IMG/VR virus record: IMGVR_UViG_3300010403_000705
Location: 62,001-126,000 of that record
Strand: one strand, 5' to 3'
Length of the DNA stretch: 64,000 nt
Below are positions 29,319 to 38,615 of this stretch, piece after piece. The notes below the pieces were generated by a model. The model searched no databases. It worked only from the letters and a program-made list of their open reading frames with translations, and was not told where the DNA came from. The position numbers and the translations under genes are program-made. Each line of letters starts with the position of its first letter. Within the stretch, counting starts at the first letter, position 1.

Positions 29319-29651
29319 ATGAACAAACAACATGTAGATCAAAATAATGATGTGGTGGCATTTCCAGAAAAATGGGCGAAAGTTCTTAAAGAATTGCCTG
29401 AATTTAAAGAAATTGCTGATGCTGCAAGCGCAGATGAGTTAAAAAAGATAATACTTACTTCTGAGGGAAATGTATATGTTATTGAGCAAGAGAAAGAAGC
29501 AGATGTTAAGTTGAATGCTGCTAAAGAATTGGTAAAAGAACACTCTGCTCCTTATAGAGATGCAGCAAAAGTACAAATGGCAAAAATAAAATACGCTTTA
29601 TTTCTTTTAGAGGGTAAAGGGGTTGAATTAGGAAATAAGGAAACTGAATGA
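29319..29651 (+). CDS. hypothetical coiled-coil protein
   Basis: 110 aa ORF. Confidence 0.65.
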   Translation: MNKQHVDQNNDVVAFPEKWAKVLKELPEFKEIADAASADELKKIILTSEGNVYVIEQEKEADVKLNAAKELVKEHSAPYRDAAKVQMAKIKYALFLLEGKGVELGNKETE

Positions 29652-29659
29652 TTTAAAAA

Positions 29660-29938
29660 ATGAAAGTTAAAAAGTTTACTGTTCAAGCCTGTTGTGGAAG
29701 AATATCAATTATATTTAAAACTGATCAACCTATATCTAAACATCATTTAGTAAAGTTGGTCAGTTTTGGATTCAAAGAGCATAGTCATTTTACCCAAGCT
29801 GGTATATTATATGTCGATAATTCAGATTTTATAATAACAGGACCTATAGGTTCTGATCGACTGCAAGTAAAATGTAAGATTGCAGACTGTAACCAAAAAA
29901 CCAATGATCTAGAGATACTACTTCAACAACTAGGGTAA
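29660..29938 (+). CDS. hypothetical protein
   Basis: 92 aa ORF. Confidence 0.6.
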   Translation: MKVKKFTVQACCGRISIIFKTDQPISKHHLVKLVSFGFKEHSHFTQAGILYVDNSDFIITGPIGSDRLQVKCKIADCNQKTNDLEILLQQLG

Positions 29939-29940
29939 CT

Positions 29941-30606
29941 ATGGTTAATAATGGTGCTGGATCTATTGAAGACATCAGAAAAAAAGTCACTTATACACAT
30001 GAGTTAATATCTACTGCTTATCATGAGGCTGGACATACAATATATGGTTTACTGCATTGTATGAAAGTTAATATGGTACATATTTTTGAAAATAAAAAAT
30101 CAAAAAGAGTATGTGGTTTTACCCATTTTAATTATCCTGTAGCCAGTGACGTAGATGATCCGGAATTATCTCAAAAATTAATGAAGGCTGAAATTTGTCT
30201 TAATTACGCAGGTTTAGCTGCTGAAAAATATCATTTTAAGAATGTTTCAGGATCTGATAGATTTCCAGGATATTGGAAAAATGGATCGTCTAGCGATACT
30301 ATGGCTGCGGCTGCTTTAATAAAACAATATGATTTAGTCCCTCCAGGAAAGAAAAGACATTTTTTTAAAAATAAATTAATTAAAGAAACTGAGAAACAAT
30401 TACAACAACATTGGGATGTTGTTGTAATTGTTTCTCATGCTTTATTCCGAAAAAAAAGATTATATTTTTCTGATTTAAAAAGTTTATTAACGAAGAAATC
30501 TGCAAATAAAGAATTTTGGAAAGAGCAATTTAAGCGTATTGATTATATTTTTAAAAATGGATATGACCTTGACGAGAAAAATTTAAAATTTATATTGATG
30601 CAATGA
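29941..30606 (+). CDS. stand-alone M41 (FtsH protease domain-like) metallopeptidase
   Basis: TAYHEAGH, GFT, YAGLAAE, GSSSD, LQQHWDVV..VSHAL. Confidence 0.8.
   Translation: MVNNGAGSIEDIRKKVTYTHELISTAYHEAGHTIYGLLHCMKVNMVHIFENKKSKRVCGFTHFNYPVASDVDDPELSQKLMKAEICLNYAGLAAEKYHFKNVSGSDRFPGYWKNGSSSDTMAAAALIKQYDLVPPGKKRHFFKNKLIKETEKQLQQHWDVVVIVSHALFRKKRLYFSDLKSLLTKKSANKEFWKEQFKRIDYIFKNGYDLDEKNLKFILMQ
30569..30596 (+). promoter_or_regulatory. candidate sigma70 promoter
   Basis: TTGACG-N16-TATATT, followed by TGATATAT at 30604-30611. Confidence 0.4.
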
Positions 30607-30659
30607 TATATTAGAGTTGAAATACTCATAGGGTGTAGGCACACCAGAGAGGCTTTAAC

Positions 30660-31382
30660 ATGTTACGTATTATTGAGACATTTAATCATTTACCACAAAG
30701 TTTTTATGTTGATTCAGGTTCTAAATTTGAACCTGGTCAGATTGGTTCTCTTAAAATTAAGAACGGTAAAACTATAGTTACTATTTGTGATGGAATAAAT
30801 CCAATTGGCATATTAGACGATATAAAAAACGATTTTTATCGTGTACCAATCTACAATAAACAATTAGTCGTTCCAGTCTCTAATTATAGAATAGAAAATT
30901 ATTTAATGATTTTATCAGAAGATCTTAAATTTGAATTAGATCATACAAATATTATACATGGATCTTTTAAGAGCTCTATACCAGTCATTCTGGACTCAAA
31001 AAAAGGAGTAATAACTATACCCCGTGGTACACAATTAGATGATTACTATTTTAAATCAAAAGGCATTTTGGCTGTTATTTTTAATATTAATTATGCTTTT
31101 AAGATAAAAGCAAAAAGTTTTGATGATTCCACTATATCAACAGAGCAAGCTACCGTTTGGAATAAATTATTAATAGCAGATACAAATATGTTTGATACAG
31201 CTGTTGAATATCGTAAATATGATAATTTATATGCAGATAACGGTTTGCTTACTACAAAAAAGCTAACCTATGAAGCAGAGTGTATAGGGTTTGTATTAGA
31301 TATTCCTACTAATGATAATCCGCTACTACGATTTTTATTTGATCCAAATAATCAAATAAAAATAGGGGGCAAAAATGGATAA
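30660..31382 (+). CDS. hypothetical protein, possibly structural (head-decoration-like beta-rich)
   Basis: 240 aa; FEPGQIG...CDG.NPIGILDD...NLYADNGLLTT...IGFV..IPT. Confidence 0.55.
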   Translation: MLRIIETFNHLPQSFYVDSGSKFEPGQIGSLKIKNGKTIVTICDGINPIGILDDIKNDFYRVPIYNKQLVVPVSNYRIENYLMILSEDLKFELDHTNIIHGSFKSSIPVILDSKKGVITIPRGTQLDDYYFKSKGILAVIFNINYAFKIKAKSFDDSTISTEQATVWNKLLIADTNMFDTAVEYRKYDNLYADNGLLTTKKLTYEAECIGFVLDIPTNDNPLLRFLFDPNNQIKIGGKNG

Positions 31383-31500
31383 AAGTAGCGCGACAAATGT
31401 AAATTAGAAAAGTTTTTTAAAGAGTTTAATGTTAGTCGTAAATTGTATTCCCTGATATACATACGTAATCTATATAATATAAATTATAGCGCTTTATAAT
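31375..31500 (+). pseudogene. possible decayed 5' end of a homing endonuclease
   Basis: ATG overlaps the previous stop; a shifted frame reads RDKCKLEKFFKEFN, like the KxCxxCxxEKxxxEF N-terminal Zn motif. Confidence 0.3.
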
Positions 31501-31546
31501 AAATAAGACAGATATGTAATTTCAAAATACTTTAAGTAATAAGGTA

Positions 31547-34500
31547 ATGTTTATGATAGAGTTTGTGTCTTTGCATAATCAAACGTATTTTTCTATTTTA
31601 GATTCTTTAATTTCTCCTAAAGATCTCTTTTTAAGAGCAAAAGAGTTAGGACAATCTGCTATAGCAATAACGGATCATGGTACTTTGGCATCAGCATGGG
31701 ATGCATTAAAAGCTTCTAAAGAAACTGGTGTCAAATTAATTATTGGGTGTGAATGTTATTTTCAAAATGATTCTCAAAACACTGAAGATAAATTTAGACA
31801 TATTGTACTTATAGCCAAAAACGCCATTGGATATAGAAATTTACTAACGATAAATAAGAAAGGTTTTGACCAAGGGGTTTTTCTAGGTAAAAGAGTCTAT
31901 TCTGTAGTAGATTGGAAACTGTTGAAACAATATTCTGATGGATTGATCTGTTTAACTGCTTGCGGTAACGGTATTGTTTCTCAGCTTCTAACAAATGGTA
32001 AATTTGAAGAGGCTGAAGAAACATTGTTGAAATTGAAAGATATTTTTGGTTCTAATTTAGGAATTGAAATTCAGCCCAATAACATGGATCGTGGCTCTAA
32101 TTTTTATAGTGATAAAATAGACCAAAAATTTTTAAATCGCAGACTAATAGATTTAGGAAAAAAATATGACATCAAGATTGTAGCTGCATGTAACGCACAC
32201 TATTTGAAAAAAGAAGATCATGCAATGCATGATATATTTCTAGCCATTGGCTCTCATCAGCCAGTCTATTCTAATTTTAGATTAAAATATACAGTACCTG
32301 AATTTTATCTCAAATCTGGAGAAGAGATTAAGAATTTTTTCTCTAGGAATTTTGGAGAAGAATTTGCTGAACAGATTTGTAAAAATAGTATATATTTTTC
32401 CTCTTTATGTGAGTATCCTGATTGGATAGATCCTAAATTTTCTAATCCTTCTGGAAAAGAGTTACCAATTTTTCCAGTAAAAGATGAAAAAGATTATTTA
32501 GATTTTTGTCAATGGGTGTCATGTCAGCCAGAGGAAATAAGAAAATTAGAAGAAGATAAATTATTTCTTCGTTATAGATGTTTGATAAAATTTAACTCAA
32601 AAGTAAAAAATATTAATAATGAACAACGTATTCTGTATGACAGCCGTATAGCCGAAGAGTTAGATGTATTGGAATACCATGGATTTTCTAGCTATATGTT
32701 AATTGTGGCTGATTATATTGATTGGGCAAGAAATAATAATATTGCGGTAGGAGAGGGTCGTGGTTCGGTAGGTGGATCTTTGATTGCATATTTATTAGGT
32801 ATTCATCAAGCAGATCCAATTAAATATAATTTAATTTTTGCTAGATTTCATAATAAGGAGAAATCTAGTTTTCCAGATATTGATACTGATTTTGCTCCAT
32901 CTGGACGCGCTTTAGTACAAGAGTATTTAAAGAAAAAGTATGGAGAAGATAATGTGGCACATGTTTCTAATGTAAATACTATCACTCCAAAAGTTTATGT
33001 AAGAGATATCGCTAGAGCTTGCGAATTAGGTGGCTCACGTGAAGATGCGATCAAAATTGGAAATGATGTAGCAGACTGTATTCCGGCTGATATTCATTCT
33101 ATTGAGGATGCTTTGGTGAAGGTGCCTTTGTTTGCAGAATATTGTAAAAAATATTCTGAGTTTGTCAAATACAAAGATATTTGCGGAAAATACCGAGCAT
33201 GGTCTACTCATGCTGGTGGTATTATTATTTCTGCTAGACCTTTAACCGGACTAGTACCATTAAGAAAAGATAAAGATGGAGCTTTAGCTATTGAATATGA
33301 TAAAGATAAAGCTGAAGAAAATGGTCTCGTAAAAATGGATACTTTAGGATTATCTACTTTAGATATTATTGGTCAAACTATTAAATTAATTAAAGAATCT
33401 GGGAAACCATTACCTCCTGAACCGCTTAATTATGAGGAATATGATAAATCAACTTATGATTTAGTATCTGAAGGAGATACATTTTGTGTATTTCAGTTAG
33501 GTACTAGTGGCGGGACCATTGATCTATGCCGTAGAATTAAACCAAAATCAGTTAATGATATTAGTTATGTTAATTCTTTAGCTAGACCATCTGCGCGAGA
33601 TATGCGCACGGATTTTATTGCTACCAAAGATGGTAAAAAGCCATTCTCATTATTGCATCCTAATTTAGGAAGAGCTTTTAATAACACATACGGATTTGGT
33701 CTATATGAAGAATCCTTGATGTATTTAGCACAAGATGTCGCTGGTTGGAGTTTGCATTCTGCAGATCGTCTACGTAAATTAACCAAAGAAAAAGGTAAAA
33801 ATCCTAAAAAAGCACAGCAATGGAGAAATGAATTCATTAATGATGCAACAAAAAATTCGATAGATGAAGAAATAGCAAAAAAAATCTGGGATGAAGTAGT
33901 AGATAAATTTCAAGGTTACGGTTTTAATATGTCACATAGCATATTGTATTCTATGACCAGTTATAAAACTGCTTATTTAAAAGCCCATTACCCAGTAGAA
34001 TTTTTGATGGCTAACTTAATGGCAGAGGTAAAATCTAATACCCCGGATGCCAAAGCAAATATCGAAAAAATAAAGAAAGAGTTAAGGGAGCACAAAGTCA
34101 AGTTAATGCCGCCAGATATTAATAATTCTCAACTAAGTTATACTATTTCTAAAGATAATAAGTTATTAACTGGATTGGATGCCTTGAAATTCGTAGGCGA
34201 AGATGCTATAAAAGATATAATTGAAAAAAGACCTTTTAAAAGTTTTTTTGATTTTATGGTTAGAGTTGATTCAAGAAAAGTGCGAGCAAATGCAATACAA
34301 GCTTTGGCTGCTGCAGGTAGTATGGATATTTTTGGTATCCCCAGAAAATTAGTGTACTTATATTGTTCTGATTACAGAAAAAAATTACAGGTTTGGTTAA
34401 AAAAGCATGATGTTTCCAAAGAAGAATTCATATACCCTTGGCCACAAGAATTGGAATGGAAAATACATGAATTATATGCTTTAGAACAATATTATTTAGG

Positions 34501-35074
34501 AGAATCATTTGTTTGTAAACCAGCAGATGCATATGGTAAATTTTTTAAAGAAGACCATAAAACTATTAATGATATTAAACGATCTAAAGATAGGACTAAA
34601 ATATTTCCTATTAAAGCTATAGTAAGGAGCTTTTTTGAATTTAAAGTTAAAAAAGAAACTAGTAAATATTATGGCCAATCCATGATAAAAGCCATAATTG
34701 AGGATATGAATGGAGAACAGTGTTCTTGTACTATTTTTCCAGATAGATGGAAGACGATACAAAACCGATTAAAAGAAGTACATAGTAAAGCGGTATTTGA
34801 CACTGGTTTAGCTCTTAGTTTTGCTGGAAATACAAATAACTATGAAGATGACATTGGTATAATCTTAGAAGACTTATTCAATGTGGCTCTCATTCCATCA
34901 TTGCCAAATGATCTAAAAGCTAAAAAAATTAATTTAAAAGAATTAAAGGCAAAAATTGTAAAAGAAGAAAATAGTATATCTTCCAATAAAGATTCTCTAT
35001 TAGAAGAAATTGAGGACTCCCTTATAAATGATGGCTTGTTAGATTTGGATGTGGAATTTGAAAATGATGATTAA
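31547..35074 (+). CDS. dnaE: DNA polymerase III alpha subunit (family C)
   Basis: PHP domain (AITDHG), GRGSVGGSL, FPDIDTDF, HAGG, KMDTLGL, YGFNMSHS, AYLKAHYP, OB fold. Confidence 0.97.
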   Translation: MFMIEFVSLHNQTYFSILDSLISPKDLFLRAKELGQSAIAITDHGTLASAWDALKASKETGVKLIIGCECYFQNDSQNTEDKFRHIVLIAKNAIGYRNLLTINKKGFDQGVFLGKRVYSVVDWKLLKQYSDGLICLTACGNGIVSQLLTNGKFEEAEETLLKLKDIFGSNLGIEIQPNNMDRGSNFYSDKIDQKFLNRRLIDLGKKYDIKIVAACNAHYLKKEDHAMHDIFLAIGSHQPVYSNFRLKYTVPEFYLKSGEEIKNFFSRNFGEEFAEQICKNSIYFSSLCEYPDWIDPKFSNPSGKELPIFPVKDEKDYLDFCQWVSCQPEEIRKLEEDKLFLRYRCLIKFNSKVKNINNEQRILYDSRIAEELDVLEYHGFSSYMLIVADYIDWARNNNIAVGEGRGSVGGSLIAYLLGIHQADPIKYNLIFARFHNKEKSSFPDIDTDFAPSGRALVQEYLKKKYGEDNVAHVSNVNTITPKVYVRDIARACELGGSREDAIKIGNDVADCIPADIHSIEDALVKVPLFAEYCKKYSEFVKYKDICGKYRAWSTHAGGIIISARPLTGLVPLRKDKDGALAIEYDKDKAEENGLVKMDTLGLSTLDIIGQTIKLIKESGKPLPPEPLNYEEYDKSTYDLVSEGDTFCVFQLGTSGGTIDLCRRIKPKSVNDISYVNSLARPSARDMRTDFIATKDGKKPFSLLHPNLGRAFNNTYGFGLYEESLMYLAQDVAGWSLHSADRLRKLTKEKGKNPKKAQQWRNEFINDATKNSIDEEIAKKIWDEVVDKFQGYGFNMSHSILYSMTSYKTAYLKAHYPVEFLMANLMAEVKSNTPDAKANIEKIKKELREHKVKLMPPDINNSQLSYTISKDNKLLTGLDALKFVGEDAIKDIIEKRPFKSFFDFMVRVDSRKVRANAIQALAAAGSMDIFGIPRKLVYLYCSDYRKKLQVWLKKHDVSKEEFIYPWPQELEWKIHELYALEQYYLGESFVCKPADAYGKFFKEDHKTINDIKRSKDRTKIFPIKAIVRSFFEFKVKKETSKYYGQSMIKAIIEDMNGEQCSCTIFPDRWKTIQNRLKEVHSKAVFDTGLALSFAGNTNNYEDDIGIILEDLFNVALIPSLPNDLKAKKINLKELKAKIVKEENSISSNKDSLLEEIEDSLINDGLLDLDVEFENDD

Positions 35075-35104
35075 AAATTCTATTTAATAGAGAATTCCTT
35101 AAAC

Positions 35105-35138
35105 AAGAGCGCTCGGTTCACCAGAACCGAGCGCTCTT
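35105..35138 (+). terminator. intrinsic terminator after dnaE
   Basis: AAGAGCGCTCGGTTC / ACCA / GAACCGAGCGCTCTT followed by TCTTT. Confidence 0.85.
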
Positions 35139-35151
35139 TCTTTATGAGACA

Positions 35152-35185
35152 ATTGAGAGGTTTTATTTAAATAAAACCTCTCAAT
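35152..35185. repeat. perfect 34-bp palindrome without spacer
   Basis: ATTGAGAGGTTTTATTT|AAATAAAACCTCTCAAT. Confidence 0.95.
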
Positions 35186-35290
35186 GATATATAAGATATT
35201 AATCAATAATAAAAAACAATATAAAAAGTAGTAAATAAGAAAAATGATATAAATGATATTATATGTATATGCATAACAAGGAATAAGATT

Positions 35291-36163
35291 ATGAAACTTT
35301 CAGATTGGGCAAAAAAACAGGGTATCTCTTATTTAACTGCTTATAGGTGGTTTAAGGATGGTAGATTACCTATTAAGGCGTATCAATCTGATTCGGGCAC
35401 TATAATAGTGCAAGATGAATCTGAAAACTTGGAGAATCCTATGTTGGGTTGTATGACTAGTAATCAATCAAATGATATCATGTCTCTTTTTTTAAAAAAA
35501 ACTGTAGAGTTTAGTAAAAATAATGCTACAGTTGAAGATTTTGCAGCTTACATATTATCTAATTTCTCTCTTAAATTGAACAATTCAGTGGACCATCCTA
35601 GATATTCAAGGAATAAGCCTAAATCTGAAGAAATTCAAAAGCATTTTCAACAATTTTTAAAACCTAAAGGCGAAAAGCCTAAACCTAATATGTTGATTAC
35701 TGATGGAGAAACATTTGATAAATTAGCAGAACAATCTGACACATTAGCTAGTCAAGAACTTGAAGAGCAACTTGGTAAATTATCAGATAATTTACCAAGT
35801 GTAAGTATAGTTCCAGAAGTACAGGATTTATTGAAAGATTTCACCGCTGTTTTTGCTGCCAGCCCAAGTAATAGTTTAAATTTTAACAGCTCTATTAAAT
35901 CTTATAACAGTACGAATGCCGAAGGAATTATTAATCGAAATGAACTAACTCCACAAACAACTAACTATACCGATTCAATTAATAATGCCTCCGGCAGCTC
36001 GTCAAATATTTTTAATACACAATCTGTATTAACACCCTCATCTGTTACAGTAACTGGGGCTTTTAAACCAACTCAAAAAGAATTAGAGTCAGTTGGTAAA
36101 ACAATGGAACAAGTATTAGTTAAATCTAAAAGAGGAAGAAAAACTTCCAAAATTAAAAAATAA
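35291..36163 (+). CDS. protein with IS607-TnpA/MerR-like N-terminal HTH and unrelated, partly disordered C-terminus
   Basis: MKLSDWAKKQGISYLTAYRWFKDGRLP...SGTIIV; no serine-recombinase YARVS motif. Confidence 0.75.
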   Translation: MKLSDWAKKQGISYLTAYRWFKDGRLPIKAYQSDSGTIIVQDESENLENPMLGCMTSNQSNDIMSLFLKKTVEFSKNNATVEDFAAYILSNFSLKLNNSVDHPRYSRNKPKSEEIQKHFQQFLKPKGEKPKPNMLITDGETFDKLAEQSDTLASQELEEQLGKLSDNLPSVSIVPEVQDLLKDFTAVFAASPSNSLNFNSSIKSYNSTNAEGIINRNELTPQTTNYTDSINNASGSSSNIFNTQSVLTPSSVTVTGAFKPTQKELESVGKTMEQVLVKSKRGRKTSKIKK

Positions 36164-36176
36164 ACTTGGAGATTTT

Positions 36177-36821
36177 ATGAATGAAAATTTAGAAGATGTA
36201 ACAATTTCGGTTGATGATAATGGTTTTGCCGAATTAACTAAAGTATATGAAAATACTGATGCGAAGATAGAAGAGAATTCTCAGGCAACAATCTCTTCCC
36301 ATGAAGATATTAATAAAATTGAAGAATATCCAACAATAATAAATGATTTACCCTCAGAAGAAGTAATATATGTACTATGTCCCAAAGAATTTCAAAATTT
36401 CAATGATGAAATGAAAGAAAAAAAATTAGCTATTAATAAAAATCATTTAAATGAAAATTCTCAAGCACATTTTAAAAAGTTTATCAAAGCAGAAGGAGGT
36501 AAATCAGATTATACTTTTTCAAGAGCTGGTTTAGGAGGTACAATGAGTACAGGTCGCACTCATAAATCTAGCGTAACCAATATTTTATGTGAGAAGGAGG
36601 CGGCAATAAAATGCAAGGAAGCTATTGATAATATCAATAAAATCTCTCAAAAAATTTTGCAAGAGTTTGAGTATAGTATGTCGCATACACCAGTAGAGAA
36701 AAATTTAAGCGATAAATTATCAGCTGCTCTAGACACTTTTAAAGAGAAAGCGGTAAGTGCTAAAAGAAATATTTTCTTCTCTATAGTTAATCGTGCACAA
36801 AAAATGTTAAATATTAAATAA
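36177..36821 (+). CDS. hypothetical protein
   Basis: 214 aa ORF, GGAG RBS. Confidence 0.6.
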   Translation: MNENLEDVTISVDDNGFAELTKVYENTDAKIEENSQATISSHEDINKIEEYPTIINDLPSEEVIYVLCPKEFQNFNDEMKEKKLAINKNHLNENSQAHFKKFIKAEGGKSDYTFSRAGLGGTMSTGRTHKSSVTNILCEKEAAIKCKEAIDNINKISQKILQEFEYSMSHTPVEKNLSDKLSAALDTFKEKAVSAKRNIFFSIVNRAQKMLNIK

Positions 36822-36833
36822 TTAAAAGGTAAT

Positions 36834-37685
36834 ATGAAATGTATATCTTGTGAAATGGAAATAAATCCAAAATGGAAACATGCTATTGATATTAATGTAT
36901 GTCCATTTTGCGGTCAAGGAATCATGGAAGAACAATTAAAAAATCTTTTTTCTTCTTTGTGCGATACTATGGAACAGTTATCTGAATACCCTGATCAACT
37001 TGACGATTGGATGTTGTCAAATCATAATTATATAAGAACAGATTCAGAAAATTTGTATTCTCATATTCCTCAACATCTTATAAATAAAATTGAAGAAAAT
37101 GCCTTGGAAAAATTGCAAAATACAGAGATTGCTAAAAAAGCAATTGAAAATGTAGAAGACTTTGAAAAAAGAAAAAATAAAAAATTTAAAGTGAAAGTAT
37201 CTACAGAAACTGGTGAAGAAGAAGTTACGGCAGAAAAAATTCAATCAGAAGAAAAGACTAATGAATTTTATAAAAGAGCCGAAGCAGTTAAACCAAATAT
37301 TGAAGGCTTCAAAAGTTTGTCAGAAAAGACTCAACATCTTAAAGCGATGGCGCAACAAATTAGAAGAGAAGGCGCGACCGTAGTTAATCAATCTGGTGCG
37401 AGCAGTTTAATTAGCCCAGAAATGATGGAAATGGCAGACCCTGAAGCAGTGGCAGAAATGCAATCTATGATTTCTGGAGGTGAAATAATTAATTCAGCCT
37501 TACCAGACTCTGATATAGGAGGAGATGATGACATTCCTTCAGTAGTATTAGCGATGGCAAACAGAGCTCAAGGCAGTGATAAAAATAGTCAAGCCGATCT
37601 AGCTAAATTACAGCAGTTACAGAATAAAGTATCTGGTTCTAGGCAAAAATTCTTATCTGGTGCCGGAGGTTTCTCTAGAATATAA
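36834..37685 (+). CDS. hypothetical protein with N-terminal Zn ribbon
   Basis: CISC...CPFCG. Confidence 0.65.
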   Translation: MKCISCEMEINPKWKHAIDINVCPFCGQGIMEEQLKNLFSSLCDTMEQLSEYPDQLDDWMLSNHNYIRTDSENLYSHIPQHLINKIEENALEKLQNTEIAKKAIENVEDFEKRKNKKFKVKVSTETGEEEVTAEKIQSEEKTNEFYKRAEAVKPNIEGFKSLSEKTQHLKAMAQQIRREGATVVNQSGASSLISPEMMEMADPEAVAEMQSMISGGEIINSALPDSDIGGDDDIPSVVLAMANRAQGSDKNSQADLAKLQQLQNKVSGSRQKFLSGAGGFSRI

Positions 37686-37694
37686 GGTTTAAAA

Positions 37695-37997
37695 TTGATG
37701 GCTTTTAAAATTATAGATAATAAAAAAGTAGAAATGACTCAAGATGAGTGGTTAATGTATGAGAAGATTGTAAAATCATATAATACCTTAACCAATAAGG
37801 GAGAAGATTTATTTGTAGATTTGTTTGAAGTTGATCAAAATGGAATAATTATTTTTCTTAAACCTCCATCTAAAAGGCAAACCTCTTTTGAGATTTTTTT
37901 ATTTTTGATGGCGTTAATGCAACATCAACATTTACGATTAATGCACGCTCAAATTGACGACTTATGCTCTCAAATTAAAGAAAAAATAAAGAAGTAA
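37695..37997 (+). CDS. hypothetical protein
   Basis: 100 aa ORF. Confidence 0.6.
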   Translation: MMAFKIIDNKKVEMTQDEWLMYEKIVKSYNTLTNKGEDLFVDLFEVDQNGIIIFLKPPSKRQTSFEIFLFLMALMQHQHLRLMHAQIDDLCSQIKEKIKK

Positions 37998-38025
37998 ATT
38001 GTGTATTTATAAAGGAAGATGATTT

Positions 38026-38535
38026 ATGACTCAGCAAGTAAAACTTGGTGATTTTTTAGGTTTTGATTTAGAAGAAAATTTTATGAATTTCGATTTAACT
38101 GAGATTCAGCAAGTTTTAGAAAAATTGCAGGATACTGAGGCTATAGATTTAGCTCATGCAGAACTATTACAACAACAGGCATTGCGTGGCGCTGATATTA
38201 TTACAGAATATTTAGGCAAAGTAGTAAAAACAGTAGGGTATTTAGAAGCTAAAGTAAATAGTACAAAAAATAAAGTATCATTAGATTATCAAGCACCTGA
38301 TGGAGCCCGAACTACAGCAGACATGAAAAAATGGGCAGGCGAGTCTTCCACAGAAGTTGAAAATGTACAAATAAAATTAGCAAAAGCAAAAGCAAGTAAA
38401 ATTGTATTAGAAAAAAAGTATGACATTCTAATAAGGAGCCATCATCACTACAAAGATATTGCCGCTGGATTGCGTAGAAGTATTTTGGGTTATGTTCCAA
38501 TTAGTAGAGAAAAAATTCCTGAAGGATATGAATAA
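38026..38535 (+). CDS. helical protein, possible UvsY-like recombination mediator
   Basis: Long coiled-coil helices with a T.DMK.W turn; immediately upstream of recA. Confidence 0.45.
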   Translation: MTQQVKLGDFLGFDLEENFMNFDLTEIQQVLEKLQDTEAIDLAHAELLQQQALRGADIITEYLGKVVKTVGYLEAKVNSTKNKVSLDYQAPDGARTTADMKKWAGESSTEVENVQIKLAKAKASKIVLEKKYDILIRSHHHYKDIAAGLRRSILGYVPISREKIPEGYE

Positions 38536-38615
38536 TCTAAAGAAAATATTTTTTAAAGAAGATTTATCAAGAAATAATAAATTAAATGATTAATTAAAAA
38601 AGTATAGGAGTTATA

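Noticed and set aside
35291-36163. Active IS607 element
   Set aside because: Only the HTH is present; there is no serine-recombinase catalytic domain, no TnpB and no recognisable ends.
38536-38615. Possible further endonuclease scars (KIFFKEDL here; LRIDRIK near 11102)
   Set aside because: The matches are too short to distinguish from AT-rich noise.
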